40,822 bases of DNA from a virus (Duplodnaviria > Caudoviricetes): the IMG/VR virus record IMGVR_UViG_3300026123_000009, positions 1 through 40,822 of that record; one strand, 5' to 3'. How positions within the stretch are numbered: the stretch's first letter is position 1; every line of letters begins with the position of its first letter. A program made the position numbers and the translations under genes. Below are positions 1 to 9,860 of this stretch, one piece after another. Under the pieces are notes generated by a model. It made no database searches, was not told the origin of the DNA, and worked only from the letters and a program-made list of their open reading frames with translations.

Positions 1-82
1 AAAAGTTGAAAAAAAGTTGAAAAAAGTTAAAAAAAACGGTTTACTTTCTGTTGAAGTCGGGGTAGAATAGATCTATCAAATC
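1..82 (+). promoter_or_regulatory. T4-type early (sigma70) promoter with phased A-tract UP element
   Basis: GTTTACT (-35 TTTACT 40-45), 17-bp spacer, TAGAAT 63-68; upstream A-tract/GTT repeats about 10-11 bp apart; CTATCAAATCAA downstream, shared with the promoter at 596-624. Confidence 0.8.
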
Positions 83-104
83 AAACAAGGTAAGGAATAA
101 ACCT

Positions 105-404
105 ATGATGAATGTTAAAGCTGGTGACCTGATTAAGTCTTACGATTTCTCTGCTGAGCTGCAGCCAGGATGCTACATGGTAGGATTGGTTGAGTCTGCT
201 GTAGATGGTGTCATCTCTTGCAAGATGATCAAATCTTTCTTTGCTGGTGAAGAATATGTTCACCCACACAAAGAAGGCGGTTTTAAGACTCTTGTCCAGG
301 GTATGGGTTTCTTTGATGATGAAAGCACTCGTATCGAAATGATTGCAACTGCTGAAGAAATTGAAATGGTTAAAGCACACTACGCTGAAGAGGTAATGCA
401 CTAA
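105..404 (+). CDS. Small early hypothetical phage protein (99 aa)
   Basis: ORF with TAAGGA SD at 91-96, directly downstream of the early promoter. Confidence 0.8.
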   Translation: MMNVKAGDLIKSYDFSAELQPGCYMVGLVESAVDGVISCKMIKSFFAGEEYVHPHKEGGFKTLVQGMGFFDDESTRIEMIATAEEIEMVKAHYAEEVMH

Positions 405-544
405 TGACTATTAAGTTTAAAGCTAAACACGGAAACCTTTGGATCAAAGCAAAGCTCATTGAAATAGTAGTAGGTGGTCAATATTTGATTGAGTGCATGG
501 GGCAAGAGTTAGTCGTTGAACCAGAACAAGTTGTATTTTCATAA
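404..544 (+). CDS. Small hypothetical protein (46 aa, MTIKFKAKHGNLW...EQVVFS), not in ORF track
   Basis: ATG overlaps the upstream stop (TAATG); GAGG SD at about 390-393; frame open to TAA 542-544. Confidence 0.7.
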   Translation: MTIKFKAKHGNLWIKAKLIEIVVGGQYLIECMGQELVVEPEQVVFS

Positions 545-585
545 TAGATAGACATGACTAATTGTGAAAAAATTCAAAATAAATG

Positions 586-641
586 AAAAAAACTGTTTAC
601 TTCTCTTTTTTAACTAGGTATAATAGTACTATCAAATCAAC
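586..641 (+). promoter_or_regulatory. T4-type early (sigma70) promoter
   Basis: AAAAAAACTGTTTACT (-35 TTTACT 596-601), 17-bp spacer, TATAAT 619-624, then CTATCAAATCAA; same architecture as the promoter at 40-68. Confidence 0.85.
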
Positions 642-656
642 AAATGGAGAAACACC

Positions 657-1046
657 ATGAAATTAGGTACTCAAACCGGCTCACTGTTCAACCACATCAT
701 GTCTAACGGCACTATCAAAGATATTGTTCCTGGTGAAACTGGAGCAACTTATCTTTCATGGACTGATCGTTACGCTGCTACAGTAAAAGAAGTTTTTAAG
801 AAAGGTAAGTATGATTACATCGTTATTCAACAGGACATTGCTACTCGTGTTGATGATGGCGGTATGACTGATTCACAATCTTACGAATACACTAGTAACC
901 CTGAAGGTCGTACTTGGTTATTCCGAGTAACTGACAAAGGATTTGAACAGGTTTACAAAGATAGTCAAACAGGCCGATTCAAGAAAATGAATGTTGGTGG
1001 ATTGGTTGTTGGAAAACGTAGAGAGTACTACGACTTTTCATTCTAA
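657..1046 (+). CDS. Conserved early phage hypothetical protein (129 aa)
   Basis: GGAG SD; motifs GATxLxWTDR and C-terminal GxRxEYYDFSF resemble a widespread uncharacterised phage early-protein family. Confidence 0.8.
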   Translation: MKLGTQTGSLFNHIMSNGTIKDIVPGETGATYLSWTDRYAATVKEVFKKGKYDYIVIQQDIATRVDDGGMTDSQSYEYTSNPEGRTWLFRVTDKGFEQVYKDSQTGRFKKMNVGGLVVGKRREYYDFSF

Positions 1047-1063
1047 TAAATTATAAATAAAAT

Positions 1064-1093
1064 AAATGCTCAATTGAGGAATTGGGCATTTTT
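1064..1093 (+). terminator. Probable rho-independent terminator
   Basis: AAATGCTCAATT-GAGG-AATTGGGCATTT stem (one G-U) with T-run, after ORF 657-1046; a TATAAATA (1052-1059) lies just upstream. Confidence 0.65.
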
Positions 1094-1165
1094 GTGTTGT
1101 TCGATTAGTTTTTCGAATTACACTGTTTTTAATTAAATTATAGTTATAATAATATTAAATCATGA

Positions 1166-2769
<1,604 letters not shown>

Positions 2770-2770
<1 letters not shown>

Positions 2771-2946
2771 TGTTTGATGAGACTCAAGCCAAAATTTCTA
2801 TTGTTCTTGCAACGATAAAGGACTATGAGTCTCACCTTAACCGTAACTTGCCGGAAGATGTTCTTTGCATGATTAGGAATAAACTTGATAATGAAAAAGA
2901 AATCCTTCGGCAGCTCAAAATTAAACATCCAGAATATTTTATTTAG
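2770..2946 (+). CDS. Small helical hypothetical protein (58 aa, MFDETQAK...HPEYFI) between groEL and groES, not in ORF track
   Basis: ATG overlaps the groEL stop (TAATG); frame open to TAG 2944-2946 and fills the gap. Confidence 0.7.
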
Positions 2947-2958
2947 AAGGAAAAACAT

Positions 2959-3267
2959 ATGTCAACGCAAAGAGTTTACATTAATGGTTCAGAATTTCAA
3001 CCAAAGAATAATTATGTATTAGTTAATCCAGTTGAACTAAAGTCAGAAGAAGTTACTGAAACTGGACTTGTTCTTGGGATTAACGAAAACAAAAGTGTAA
3101 TCAACCGCCCAACTATGGGAGATGTAATAGCAATTGGTAAAGATATTGAAGATATCGCGGAAGGTGAAACTGTCTTCTGGCCAAACACAGATGGAATCGA
3201 TTTTGAATTTAACGATGGCATTAAAGTTCTACTTAAATACGAAAGTATTATCGGTTCAAAGAAATAG
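2959..3267 (+). CDS. groES: Co-chaperonin GroES (Cpn10)-like
   Basis: 102 aa; FQPKNNYVLV, mobile loop EEVTETGLVL, GDVIAIG, C-terminal LLKYESIIG; adjacent to groEL. Confidence 0.88.
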   Translation: MSTQRVYINGSEFQPKNNYVLVNPVELKSEEVTETGLVLGINENKSVINRPTMGDVIAIGKDIEDIAEGETVFWPNTDGIDFEFNDGIKVLLKYESIIGSKK

Positions 3268-3279
3268 ATAAATAAATCT

Positions 3280-3798
3280 ATGGATTTTACAGAAAAAGCA
3301 AATTCCCTAGCGGAAAAAATGAATAGCATAACTAAACAACTAGATTTATCGGAAGAGCTAGTTGTTGAAGGTGATGATATCGTTGGGTACGTCAAAGAAA
3401 AGACGAAAGATGTTCAATTGTACGAAAGTACTTCGTATGCTGAAATCTTAAATCTTGAAACAATGACTGACGATTTTAAATACGTTAGGGATACACTTAA
3501 AGAAACCTCAGACAATGCGCGCAGGGTTTTGAGTGCTATATCGCTTGATTTGTTAGATTCAGACGACGACAAAAGGGCATCTTTAGTGATGTCCTTTGCT
3601 GAATTAAATAGATCGCTTGTGCAGGCTCAAGACTTATTCGTCAAATCTTATAAAGAAATGGCTAATGTACTATTAAGCATAGACAAGATCCAGAAAAATG
3701 CAGAAAAACAGCCACAGACTGTTAATAATAATTTGACGATTAACGCGTCAGAAGATATTAGCACGGTTGATTTAATTAAAAGACTTAGAGGTGAATAA
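3280..3798 (+). CDS. Probable terminase small subunit (T4 gp16-like)
   Basis: 172 aa helical protein; D-F-x-Y-V-R helix and C-terminal TVNNNL...STVDLIKRL pattern resemble T4-like gp16 C-termini; near-late-promoter GATAAATA upstream. Confidence 0.55.
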   Translation: MDFTEKANSLAEKMNSITKQLDLSEELVVEGDDIVGYVKEKTKDVQLYESTSYAEILNLETMTDDFKYVRDTLKETSDNARRVLSAISLDLLDSDDDKRASLVMSFAELNRSLVQAQDLFVKSYKEMANVLLSIDKIQKNAEKQPQTVNNNLTINASEDISTVDLIKRLRGE

Positions 3799-4340
3799 TG
3801 TCATTAACAGAACTCGATGAATACATCATTACAGAGGCAATCAAATACAACATCAGTAAAGGAAAACCACTCACTGAATGTATCTTTAGACGTGAGTCGG
3901 AAAAATTCGTCGAGTACTTTAAATTCTTAAAGGAAAATAAAGATCAATACGAATTTGACTCTACAGACATTGAATTACTCAATACTGATATCGGTGAAAC
4001 TGCGTTGTATGAAGGCGAAAATGTTTTCCTAGATCTTCCCTTTGTAAATGAAGAAAAAGATGTTGAACTAAATAGTCCAAAACGCAATTCAGATCCAGAT
4101 GGCAAAAAATATTATGTTTATGTCAAAAACGATAAGGGCAATATCATTAAAGTAACATTTGGCGATAAAAAAGGCGGCCTTACTGCTAAGATCAATGATC
4201 CAGCAGCACGTAAATCATTCGTTGCAAGACATAACTGCGATACTAAGACAGATAAAACAAAGCCCGGATATTGGTCTTGTAGATTACCTTATTACGCAAA
4301 ACAATTAGGATTAGCAAATGGCGGAAAATATTTCTGGTAA
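3798..4340 (+). CDS. Conserved phage protein with basic C-terminal domain (KKYYVYVK...FG...RKSFVARHNC...YWSCR)
   Basis: TAATG coupling; the C-terminal motif is common in aquatic phages, function unknown. Confidence 0.8.
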   Translation: MSLTELDEYIITEAIKYNISKGKPLTECIFRRESEKFVEYFKFLKENKDQYEFDSTDIELLNTDIGETALYEGENVFLDLPFVNEEKDVELNSPKRNSDPDGKKYYVYVKNDKGNIIKVTFGDKKGGLTAKINDPAARKSFVARHNCDTKTDKTKPGYWSCRLPYYAKQLGLANGGKYFW

Positions 4341-4632
4341 ATTACCGTATACATCTACGATTGTTGCTTCTGGCGAGCTGTGGGTTTGCGAACGTAGAGT
4401 TTTTAAAGATTTTAACGAAAGAGAACTATTTTGGCATAGGGATAAAGAGGACAGAGAAATCCGTCTTGTTGAAGGATCAATAGAACTCCAACTGGAAAAT
4501 CGTATGCCAATAAAACTAAAGCCATATCAAGGATACTTGATACCTAAAATGTGTTATCACCGTGTGATTGCAGTGGCTGATTTTACAATTGACGTATATA
4601 AATATATAGATATAATACAAAGAGGAAAATAA
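4318..4632 (+). CDS. Small cupin-like protein
   Basis: WHRDxEDRxI...LQL...IPKMxYHRVI cupin-type two-motif pattern. Confidence 0.65.
   Translation: MAENISGKLPYTSTIVASGELWVCERRVFKDFNERELFWHRDKEDREIRLVEGSIELQLENRMPIKLKPYQGYLIPKMCYHRVIAVADFTIDVYKYIDIIQRGK
4597..4604 (+). promoter_or_regulatory. T4 late promoter TATAAATA
   Basis: Exact gp55 consensus 30 bp upstream of ORF 4634. Confidence 0.75.
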
Positions 4633-4633
4633 A

Positions 4634-4894
4634 ATGAAATACAGAGTAGAAGTTGAAACAATCGTTGACGGTGAAGTTTATCAAGCTGGTGACGTTGTTG
4701 AAAACCCATCCGTAGTTAAACCCGGAATGGTTGCTATGAAAGAAGAAGCTAAAGCAGCTCCTGCACCTAAGGCAAAAAAGAAGGCTAAGAAAGAGCCTGA
4801 AGTAGTTGAAGTAGTTGAAGCAGAAGAAGAAATTCTTGTTGAAGATTCTGCTGATGTTTCAGTTGCAGTAACTGCAGCTAATCCATTCGCTTAA
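4634..4894 (+). CDS. Hypothetical late protein (86 aa; Ala/Lys/Glu-rich tail)
   Basis: GAGG SD, own late promoter, terminator follows. Confidence 0.8.
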   Translation: MKYRVEVETIVDGEVYQAGDVVENPSVVKPGMVAMKEEAKAAPAPKAKKKAKKEPEVVEVVEAEEEILVEDSADVSVAVTAANPFA

Positions 4895-4905
4895 TTTAGA
4901 ATAAC

Positions 4906-4934
4906 AAAAAAAAGGGGCGTAAGCCCCTTTTTTT
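4906..4934. terminator. Bidirectional rho-independent terminator
   Basis: A8-GGGGC-GTAA-GCCCC-T7 between convergent genes. Confidence 0.92.
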
Positions 4935-4946
4935 ATACCTTACAAA

Positions 4947-5675
4947 TTATGCAATATCAATAGGTGCAGGGTCTGACCACTTGGTCAATAATTGTTCATT
5001 CAAATAATCAATTTCTGCTTGAGCTTCTGAAAGGAATCTATCATAATTGATTCTAGCCCCACCAACTAAAGTTTGGTCAAACTTACCAGTCACTGTTCCC
5101 CATAACTCTTTAACTTTAGCTTTTGAATAAGCTTTAATCCATTCGTGATTAAATACTAAATCATTGTCATCGTTTGCTAAATACTCATATTGATAATGCA
5201 AAACAGCTGGTCCATTATAGTTTTCTAAAACCTGCAATTTCTTATTTAAATGATTAAAGTTAAATGCAATATCGTCAGCAAAATATTTGTCTAAAACAGC
5301 TTTTGTTGTACTGATCGCAATAATACTTGGAATAATGTCGCCAGTTAATGATCCGGTGAAGAACTGTTCTGACCATAAATTTGGAACGTATCCGCTACCG
5401 AAATTGGCACTAAAGTTCGTTAAGTTACTTGTACTACCTTTAGAAAGTTTGATAAGATTAGTCATGGTATCGGGCATGTCGTATTCGCCCATTCCGTTAA
5501 TCTGAACTATGACGGATCCTTCTAATGTGCCGTAAGCATACTCTGTAAATTTCTGAACCGTATCATCAATGATCTCATCCATTTGCGCATCATTAACTTC
5601 TATATTAATAGACGGTGCACCTAATTGAGATTTAATGTAATTTCTAAGTCCAGCCTTTGTATTAATTCTTGCCAT
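4947..5675 (-). CDS. gp13: Neck protein / head-tail adaptor, T4 gp13-like
   Basis: N-terminal LRNYIKSQLGAPSINIEV..Q...IDD; W-I-K-x-Y...WG...KF...L.GG...N..R. Confidence 0.9.
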   Translation of the reverse strand: MARINTKAGLRNYIKSQLGAPSINIEVNDAQMDEIIDDTVQKFTEYAYGTLEGSVIVQINGMGEYDMPDTMTNLIKLSKGSTSNLTNFSANFGSGYVPNLWSEQFFTGSLTGDIIPSIIAISTTKAVLDKYFADDIAFNFNHLNKKLQVLENYNGPAVLHYQYEYLANDDNDLVFNHEWIKAYSKAKVKELWGTVTGKFDQTLVGGARINYDRFLSEAQAEIDYLNEQLLTKWSDPAPIDIA

Positions 5676-5715
5676 TTATAAAATCCTGTTTTATTTCTAT
5701 TTATTAAATAATTTA

Positions 5716-5991
5716 CTATACTATACTAACATTCTCATTGGAATCAGCTAAAGCGACATTAGTAGAAGGGAATTCTCTTCCTGCGCCCCAGATGATACGA
5801 ACTGCTCCGCCGCCGCCTCCAATAGCTACAGCAGACACCGATGTTACGCCTGACGGAACAACAAATGAATACGTTCCAGGAGTAGTATATACAAATTCAC
5901 CAGCATCAAATTCACCAGCATCAAATCGTTGGCCACGACGATACATAGCATTTGAAAGAATGTTTGCTGCAAAAGAAGTTAATAATGGCAT
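5716..5991 (-). CDS. Short (91 aa) Gly-rich-domain tail protein, apparently internally deleted
   Basis: YTTPGTYSFVVPSGVTSVSAVAIGGGGG joined directly to AVRIIWGAGREFPSTN; AAGGA SD. Confidence 0.6.
   Translation of the reverse strand: MPLLTSFAANILSNAMYRRGQRFDAGEFDAGEFVYTTPGTYSFVVPSGVTSVSAVAIGGGGGAVRIIWGAGREFPSTNVALADSNENVSIV
5892..5926. repeat. 15-bp tandem duplication (FDAGE x2)
   Basis: CAAATTCACCAGCAT x2 + CAAAT. Confidence 0.9.
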
Positions 5992-6000
5992 AAGATATCC

Positions 6001-6831
6001 TTAGACTATTGCTGCATAGTCAGAAACTGCGCCAAGGACTGTAAACGTAGCATCAGCAGTTTTAATAACTGTGAATGTGTATGTTTGCAAAGAATTCGCA
6101 ACACCGCTTGGAGCAGTACCGCCAGCCCAAAGAATCGTTTGTGCTGTGTCGTCAATCGTTAGACTGTTCAACGTATATGCAGTATCGCCATTCGTCACGA
6201 TCATAGCAACGTATAGAGATTGACCAACCGTTAAATTAGTGTTCAAATCATTTGTAGATGCTGCAAAGTTTACATCAAAGTCGTCTGCTAATTCTGTCGT
6301 AAAATAAAACAATGACGAAACTTCAACGAGCATATCTGTTACACTAACTGTATCGAGTACAGTATCTAAAATTGAAATGCGTTCAGTTGGCGAGATGAGC
6401 AAAGGTTTAGTAAATGTACTAATGTAGTTGCCATTATCTGCTAATAATTTAGTACCTGTTCCGTCAGTAATTATTGTGTCTTCTAAAAATGTTTGGATTC
6501 CACTGATATCTTCCGCTAAACCATCAGTCGTTGTGCCGATGTTTGTCTCTAATGTCGTTAACGACTCATTTATAGAATCGTTAGAATCGCTAATCGACGT
6601 TTCTAAAGTTTCTAAAGAAGAATTAACTGCTGTTTCTAATGTAGTTAATGAACTAGAAAGATTTAGAATATCTGTGTCTACTGATTGTTGAAATGTTGTT
6701 AACTCTGCTTCAACAGAATTTGTCAATTCTGAAATGTCATTTTCTTGTTGAACTTTATTTTTATCAACAGTATTTTGAAGTCTACGAGTATTATTTCTCG
6801 TGAGAATAGCGTTTCCTAATTTAGTACTCAT
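6001..6831 (-). CDS. Putative tail fibre/appendage protein (coiled coil + C-terminal beta domain)
   Basis: Heptad repeats SLTTLET/SLETLET; C-terminal GQS...W.GGTAPSG.AN....YTFTVIKT..ATFTVL domain typical of aquatic phage fibres. Confidence 0.7.
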   Translation of the reverse strand: MSTKLGNAILTRNNTRRLQNTVDKNKVQQENDISELTNSVEAELTTFQQSVDTDILNLSSSLTTLETAVNSSLETLETSISDSNDSINESLTTLETNIGTTTDGLAEDISGIQTFLEDTIITDGTGTKLLADNGNYISTFTKPLLISPTERISILDTVLDTVSVTDMLVEVSSLFYFTTELADDFDVNFAASTNDLNTNLTVGQSLYVAMIVTNGDTAYTLNSLTIDDTAQTILWAGGTAPSGVANSLQTYTFTVIKTADATFTVLGAVSDYAAIV

Positions 6832-6860
6832 GATAACTCGCTTTTATTTTTAAATAACTT

Positions 6861-6888
6861 TATAAAAGGTCCTCCGAAGAAGACCTTT
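6861..6888 (-). terminator. Rho-independent terminator with C(UUCG)G loop after the sheath gene
   Basis: Minus strand AAAGGTCTTC-TTCG-GAGGACCTTT-TATA. Confidence 0.8.
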
Positions 6889-6902
6889 GAAAAGCTATCT
6901 AA

Positions 6903-8816
6903 TTAGCCACCAATTACTTCAGCGAAACTGTTAGTTCCAGCGTTAGTAAATCTCAACTGAATGAATTCAGCAACATAAGTTGGTTTGATGTAGATGTCTA
7001 CAACTAACTGGTTACGCGAGATAACATCAGCAGTGTTGTTAGATTCATCACAGATTACCAAGAAGTCCTGAATACCACGACCAGCCTTAACAGATGACAA
7101 GTATGGTTTAACCATAGATACGATTCTGTTACGTGTGAAGTTATCGTTGAATTCCATAACCTGATATTTAGCCATTTTGCTAAGTGCACGTTCCATAGTG
7201 TTAAATAGACCACGAACGTTAACACGATCAAAGCTAGATGGTTTATCAAGCAATGTTTTCTGACCCCACATTACAGTACCTTGACCTGGGAATGAACATA
7301 CTGGGTTTAGACCATTTTTGTAAAGAATGTCTCTCTGACCCTGAGTTGGGTTAAAGGCAATCTTAGTTACATTTTTGATCTGACCACGTTCTAGACCAGC
7401 AGATGCCCACCAAGAAGCTCTGTTCATAGAAGTCTGTGCACGTAGACCAGCAATATCACCAGCAATGTTGACCCAACGGTACTTGTCGTTGTAACGATCG
7501 TACTGGTATTTGTAGTTACCTACTGCAACAACGAACATGTTATTGTAGTTAACTGCACCAGACTGACGCCATTCTACAAGATTAGCAACAGCAGTAGCTG
7601 ATTTCTTACCTACAGTATCAGCGTAGTTAGCGCCGATGAATGCGATACAATCTCTACGAGTATCTACTAGTTCTTTAGCAGCAGCACCGCCATCTCTTTC
7701 GTTACCAATAACGATGTCGATGTCGAGTTCTTCTTTGTTAGAGAAGATGTCGTAAGCATCGATGATGTCATCATTCTGAATATCAGAATCCATAGCAAGA
7801 GATAGAGTAACAACCGAACCAGCTACACCGTTTACAGATGCACACATATCAGCAACAGAATCTGTATTTGCAGTGTTATCTTTAACAAAGATGTAATTAG
7901 ACTGATTGTTAATTACGTTCTCGATGTAAGTAGACTTGTTGTTGTAATCTTTAGCAGTTTCATCAAAATCAACTGTGAAAGTTTCAACAATTTCACCATT
8001 GTAACGAACGACTACAGCAACCTCTGTTCCAGTAGGAGCATATTCGTATAGGCCGTCAAGTGAAATGCCAGCAAATGCTTCAGATGGTGTAGTTGCACCA
8101 AAGGCTGCAGGATTAGCAATTGCAACTTCAAGACCAGAAGCCCATGCGCCAGGCGAACGTGCGATGATTTTCAATTTAGCATCAGCGTTAGACATTGCGA
8201 TTGAAGTTTCTTTCATGTCGAAATCGTCTTTATTTTCGATAACCATCATGTTAGCAACATAATCATTAACATCAATAGTAGCAGTGCTTGTAGCATCTAA
8301 AACTTCCGCAACACCGTTAGTGTCAGCAGTCCAAATGTTAATGTTAGTGCCAGCAGCAAGATCTGCTTCTAAACCACGATCTAATTCGATAGATGTATCA
8401 GCAACAACTGCAGTAATTCTGTATACAGCATCCTGAGCATCAAACGTTACGAAAGCACCAACTTCAAGTGCAGATGTATCAGCAACAGCAACAGTAGTGT
8501 CATTAGCAAGTGCTTCAGCAGCAGCTACTTCGTCAGCAAAAGTTGATGTACCACCCACGTTAGCAGCACGAGAAACTAAAAGCTTATTGCCGTACTGTAG
8601 GAAGTTGTATGCCTGATAAAAATCGTTGTAGTTAGTATTTGTTGGTTTACCATAGAATGAAATTAGATCATCTACAGATGAGATTAAAGTGTATTGACCA
8701 ACTGGACCTTTTACGAACTTACCGCCGAACACTGCGATAGAGTTAGAAACTGTAGGTACGATAGTGCTCGCATCTACTTCTGTCACAAATACACCTGGGC
8801 TTAACATTTCAGCCAT
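6903..8816 (-). CDS. gp18: Contractile tail sheath protein, T4 gp18-like (637 aa)
   Basis: LSPGVFVTEVD, YKYQYDRYND..RWV, GDIAGL, WGQKT, SSFDRVNVRGLF, FNDNFTR, IYIKP...EFIQL. Confidence 0.96.
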   Translation of the reverse strand: MAEMLSPGVFVTEVDASTIVPTVSNSIAVFGGKFVKGPVGQYTLISSVDDLISFYGKPTNTNYNDFYQAYNFLQYGNKLLVSRAANVGGTSTFADEVAAAEALANDTTVAVADTSALEVGAFVTFDAQDAVYRITAVVADTSIELDRGLEADLAAGTNINIWTADTNGVAEVLDATSTATIDVNDYVANMMVIENKDDFDMKETSIAMSNADAKLKIIARSPGAWASGLEVAIANPAAFGATTPSEAFAGISLDGLYEYAPTGTEVAVVVRYNGEIVETFTVDFDETAKDYNNKSTYIENVINNQSNYIFVKDNTANTDSVADMCASVNGVAGSVVTLSLAMDSDIQNDDIIDAYDIFSNKEELDIDIVIGNERDGGAAAKELVDTRRDCIAFIGANYADTVGKKSATAVANLVEWRQSGAVNYNNMFVVAVGNYKYQYDRYNDKYRWVNIAGDIAGLRAQTSMNRASWWASAGLERGQIKNVTKIAFNPTQGQRDILYKNGLNPVCSFPGQGTVMWGQKTLLDKPSSFDRVNVRGLFNTMERALSKMAKYQVMEFNDNFTRNRIVSMVKPYLSSVKAGRGIQDFLVICDESNNTADVISRNQLVVDIYIKPTYVAEFIQLRFTNAGTNSFAEVIGG

Positions 8817-8841
8817 TTTTAATTCTCCTTATGAATTTATT

Positions 8842-8956
8842 AGCATTACTTTCTGTATGTCAGAGGAACTACGTTCCTAAGATTCAGAAAAACCTTCGTA
8901 ATTTATCCGATCAATTCAACTCGGAATCTGAATGGACGAACCTAATCAGCAATACT
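8842..8956 (-). promoter_or_regulatory. Candidate structured RNA leader of the sheath mRNA
   Basis: Closing 9-bp stem with two G-U pairs valid only on the minus strand, enclosing three to four further hairpins, ending about 12 nt before the SD. Confidence 0.45.
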
Positions 8957-8967
8957 TGGGTTAATAC

Positions 8968-8985
8968 AAATTTAGCGCTAAATTT
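8968..8985. repeat. Perfect 18-bp palindrome overlapping a TATAAAT late-promoter-like site
   Basis: AAATTTAGCGCTAAATTT; minus strand reads TATAAATT at 8982-8989. Confidence 0.85.
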
Positions 8986-9020
8986 ATAGTTATAGTTTAT
9001 AGAGGTTGCGCTCTAATCCT

Positions 9021-9662
9021 TTAACCTTTTACGGTGATTACGTAACCGCCGTAAGATTCAACTTGAGAAACGATAACACTATAACTACCATCTTCAGTTT
9101 TTACTGTGTATTCTTCGTTAAATTCTTGGAACGATACTTCAGTAACACCTGATTGTTTTTCAAGTTCTTTAATAAATTTTTCACGTGCCGCTTTATCTTC
9201 ATATATCTTGGTAGCGTACATCATAATAGATTCCATTTTAGATGCTGTACCAATAACCTTACGCTTGTATGGTTTTAGTTTTTCGGCAACTGAAACGATC
9301 ATTTTAACGATATCTGCGTCAGATAACTCTTTAGGTGGTTTACCAACGGCTTTAGCAAATGTTGAAGCAAATTTAGCTAAATCTGAAATAGAAAGGCGGC
9401 CATTAAATTCAATTACTGCCTTAGACTTCTCAAAGTAATCACCATTACCGTCTGATTTCATTGTTAAACCAGCTTTAGTTAACTGCTGCTTAACAACTTC
9501 TTCATTAAAATCCCCGTTATAGTAAACAGAGATGAACTTACCAGAACGCTGAACCGTCAACTTAGACATATCAGTAGGTTCATCAATAATCCAACCAACT
9601 ACCTTAGCAATATAATCATCTGGAAGTTCAGCTTCAGCTAAAAAATCCTTAAATTTTAACAT
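9021..9662 (-). CDS. Putative internal head protein (213 aa)
   Basis: N-terminus MLKFKDFLAEAE resembles the T4 capsid-targeting/gp21 cleavage sequence (MKTYQEFIAE); own late promoter. Confidence 0.6.
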   Translation of the reverse strand: MLKFKDFLAEAELPDDYIAKVVGWIIDEPTDMSKLTVQRSGKFISVYYNGDFNEEVVKQQLTKAGLTMKSDGNGDYFEKSKAVIEFNGRLSISDLAKFASTFAKAVGKPPKELSDADIVKMIVSVAEKLKPYKRKVIGTASKMESIMMYATKIYEDKAAREKFIKELEKQSGVTEVSFQEFNEEYTVKTEDGSYSVIVSQVESYGGYVITVKG

Positions 9663-9682
9663 TTTTATTTCCTATTTTTGTT

Positions 9683-9859
9683 TTATTTATACTGTACGCA
9701 GACCGCTTGTAGACCAGTAATGAATAAACCGTCGTATGAACCATATTCAACAAGAATGTTGTCTCTGGCATCGAAACATTTCTCCATAGATTCGTATGTT
9801 CCAATCTTTTCGATTGCTGGGTTTGCGTTCAACGCGATTATCAGGACTAGTACCCACAT
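9683..9859 (-). CDS. Small hypothetical protein (58 aa, MWVLVLII...CVQYK)
   Basis: AAGGA SD and ATG 2 nt after the portal stop; hydrophobic N-terminus, two Cys; true start of the 9683-10060 track ORF. Confidence 0.75.
   Translation of the reverse strand: MWVLVLIIALNANPAIEKIGTYESMEKCFDARDNILVEYGSYDGLFITGLQAVCVQYK
9684..9691 (-). promoter_or_regulatory. T4 late promoter TATAAATA
   Basis: Exact consensus on the minus strand, encoded by the last codons (Y-K-stop) of the upstream ORF. Confidence 0.8.
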
Positions 9860-9860
9860 T

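Noticed and set aside
1-36. Short AAAAGTTG repeats as a CRISPR or iteron array
   Set aside because: Only three short units with no spacers; explained as a promoter UP element, and truncated by the window edge
1094-1123. CIRCE or HAIR heat-shock operator upstream of groEL
   Set aside because: The inverted repeat matches neither TTAGCACTC-N9-GAGTGCTAA nor CTTGAGT-N7-ACTCAAG
8842-8956. Hammerhead ribozyme in the sheath leader (CUGAUUA and GAAA present)
   Set aside because: Core deviates from CUGANGA and there is no stem III/UH cleavage site in the right topology
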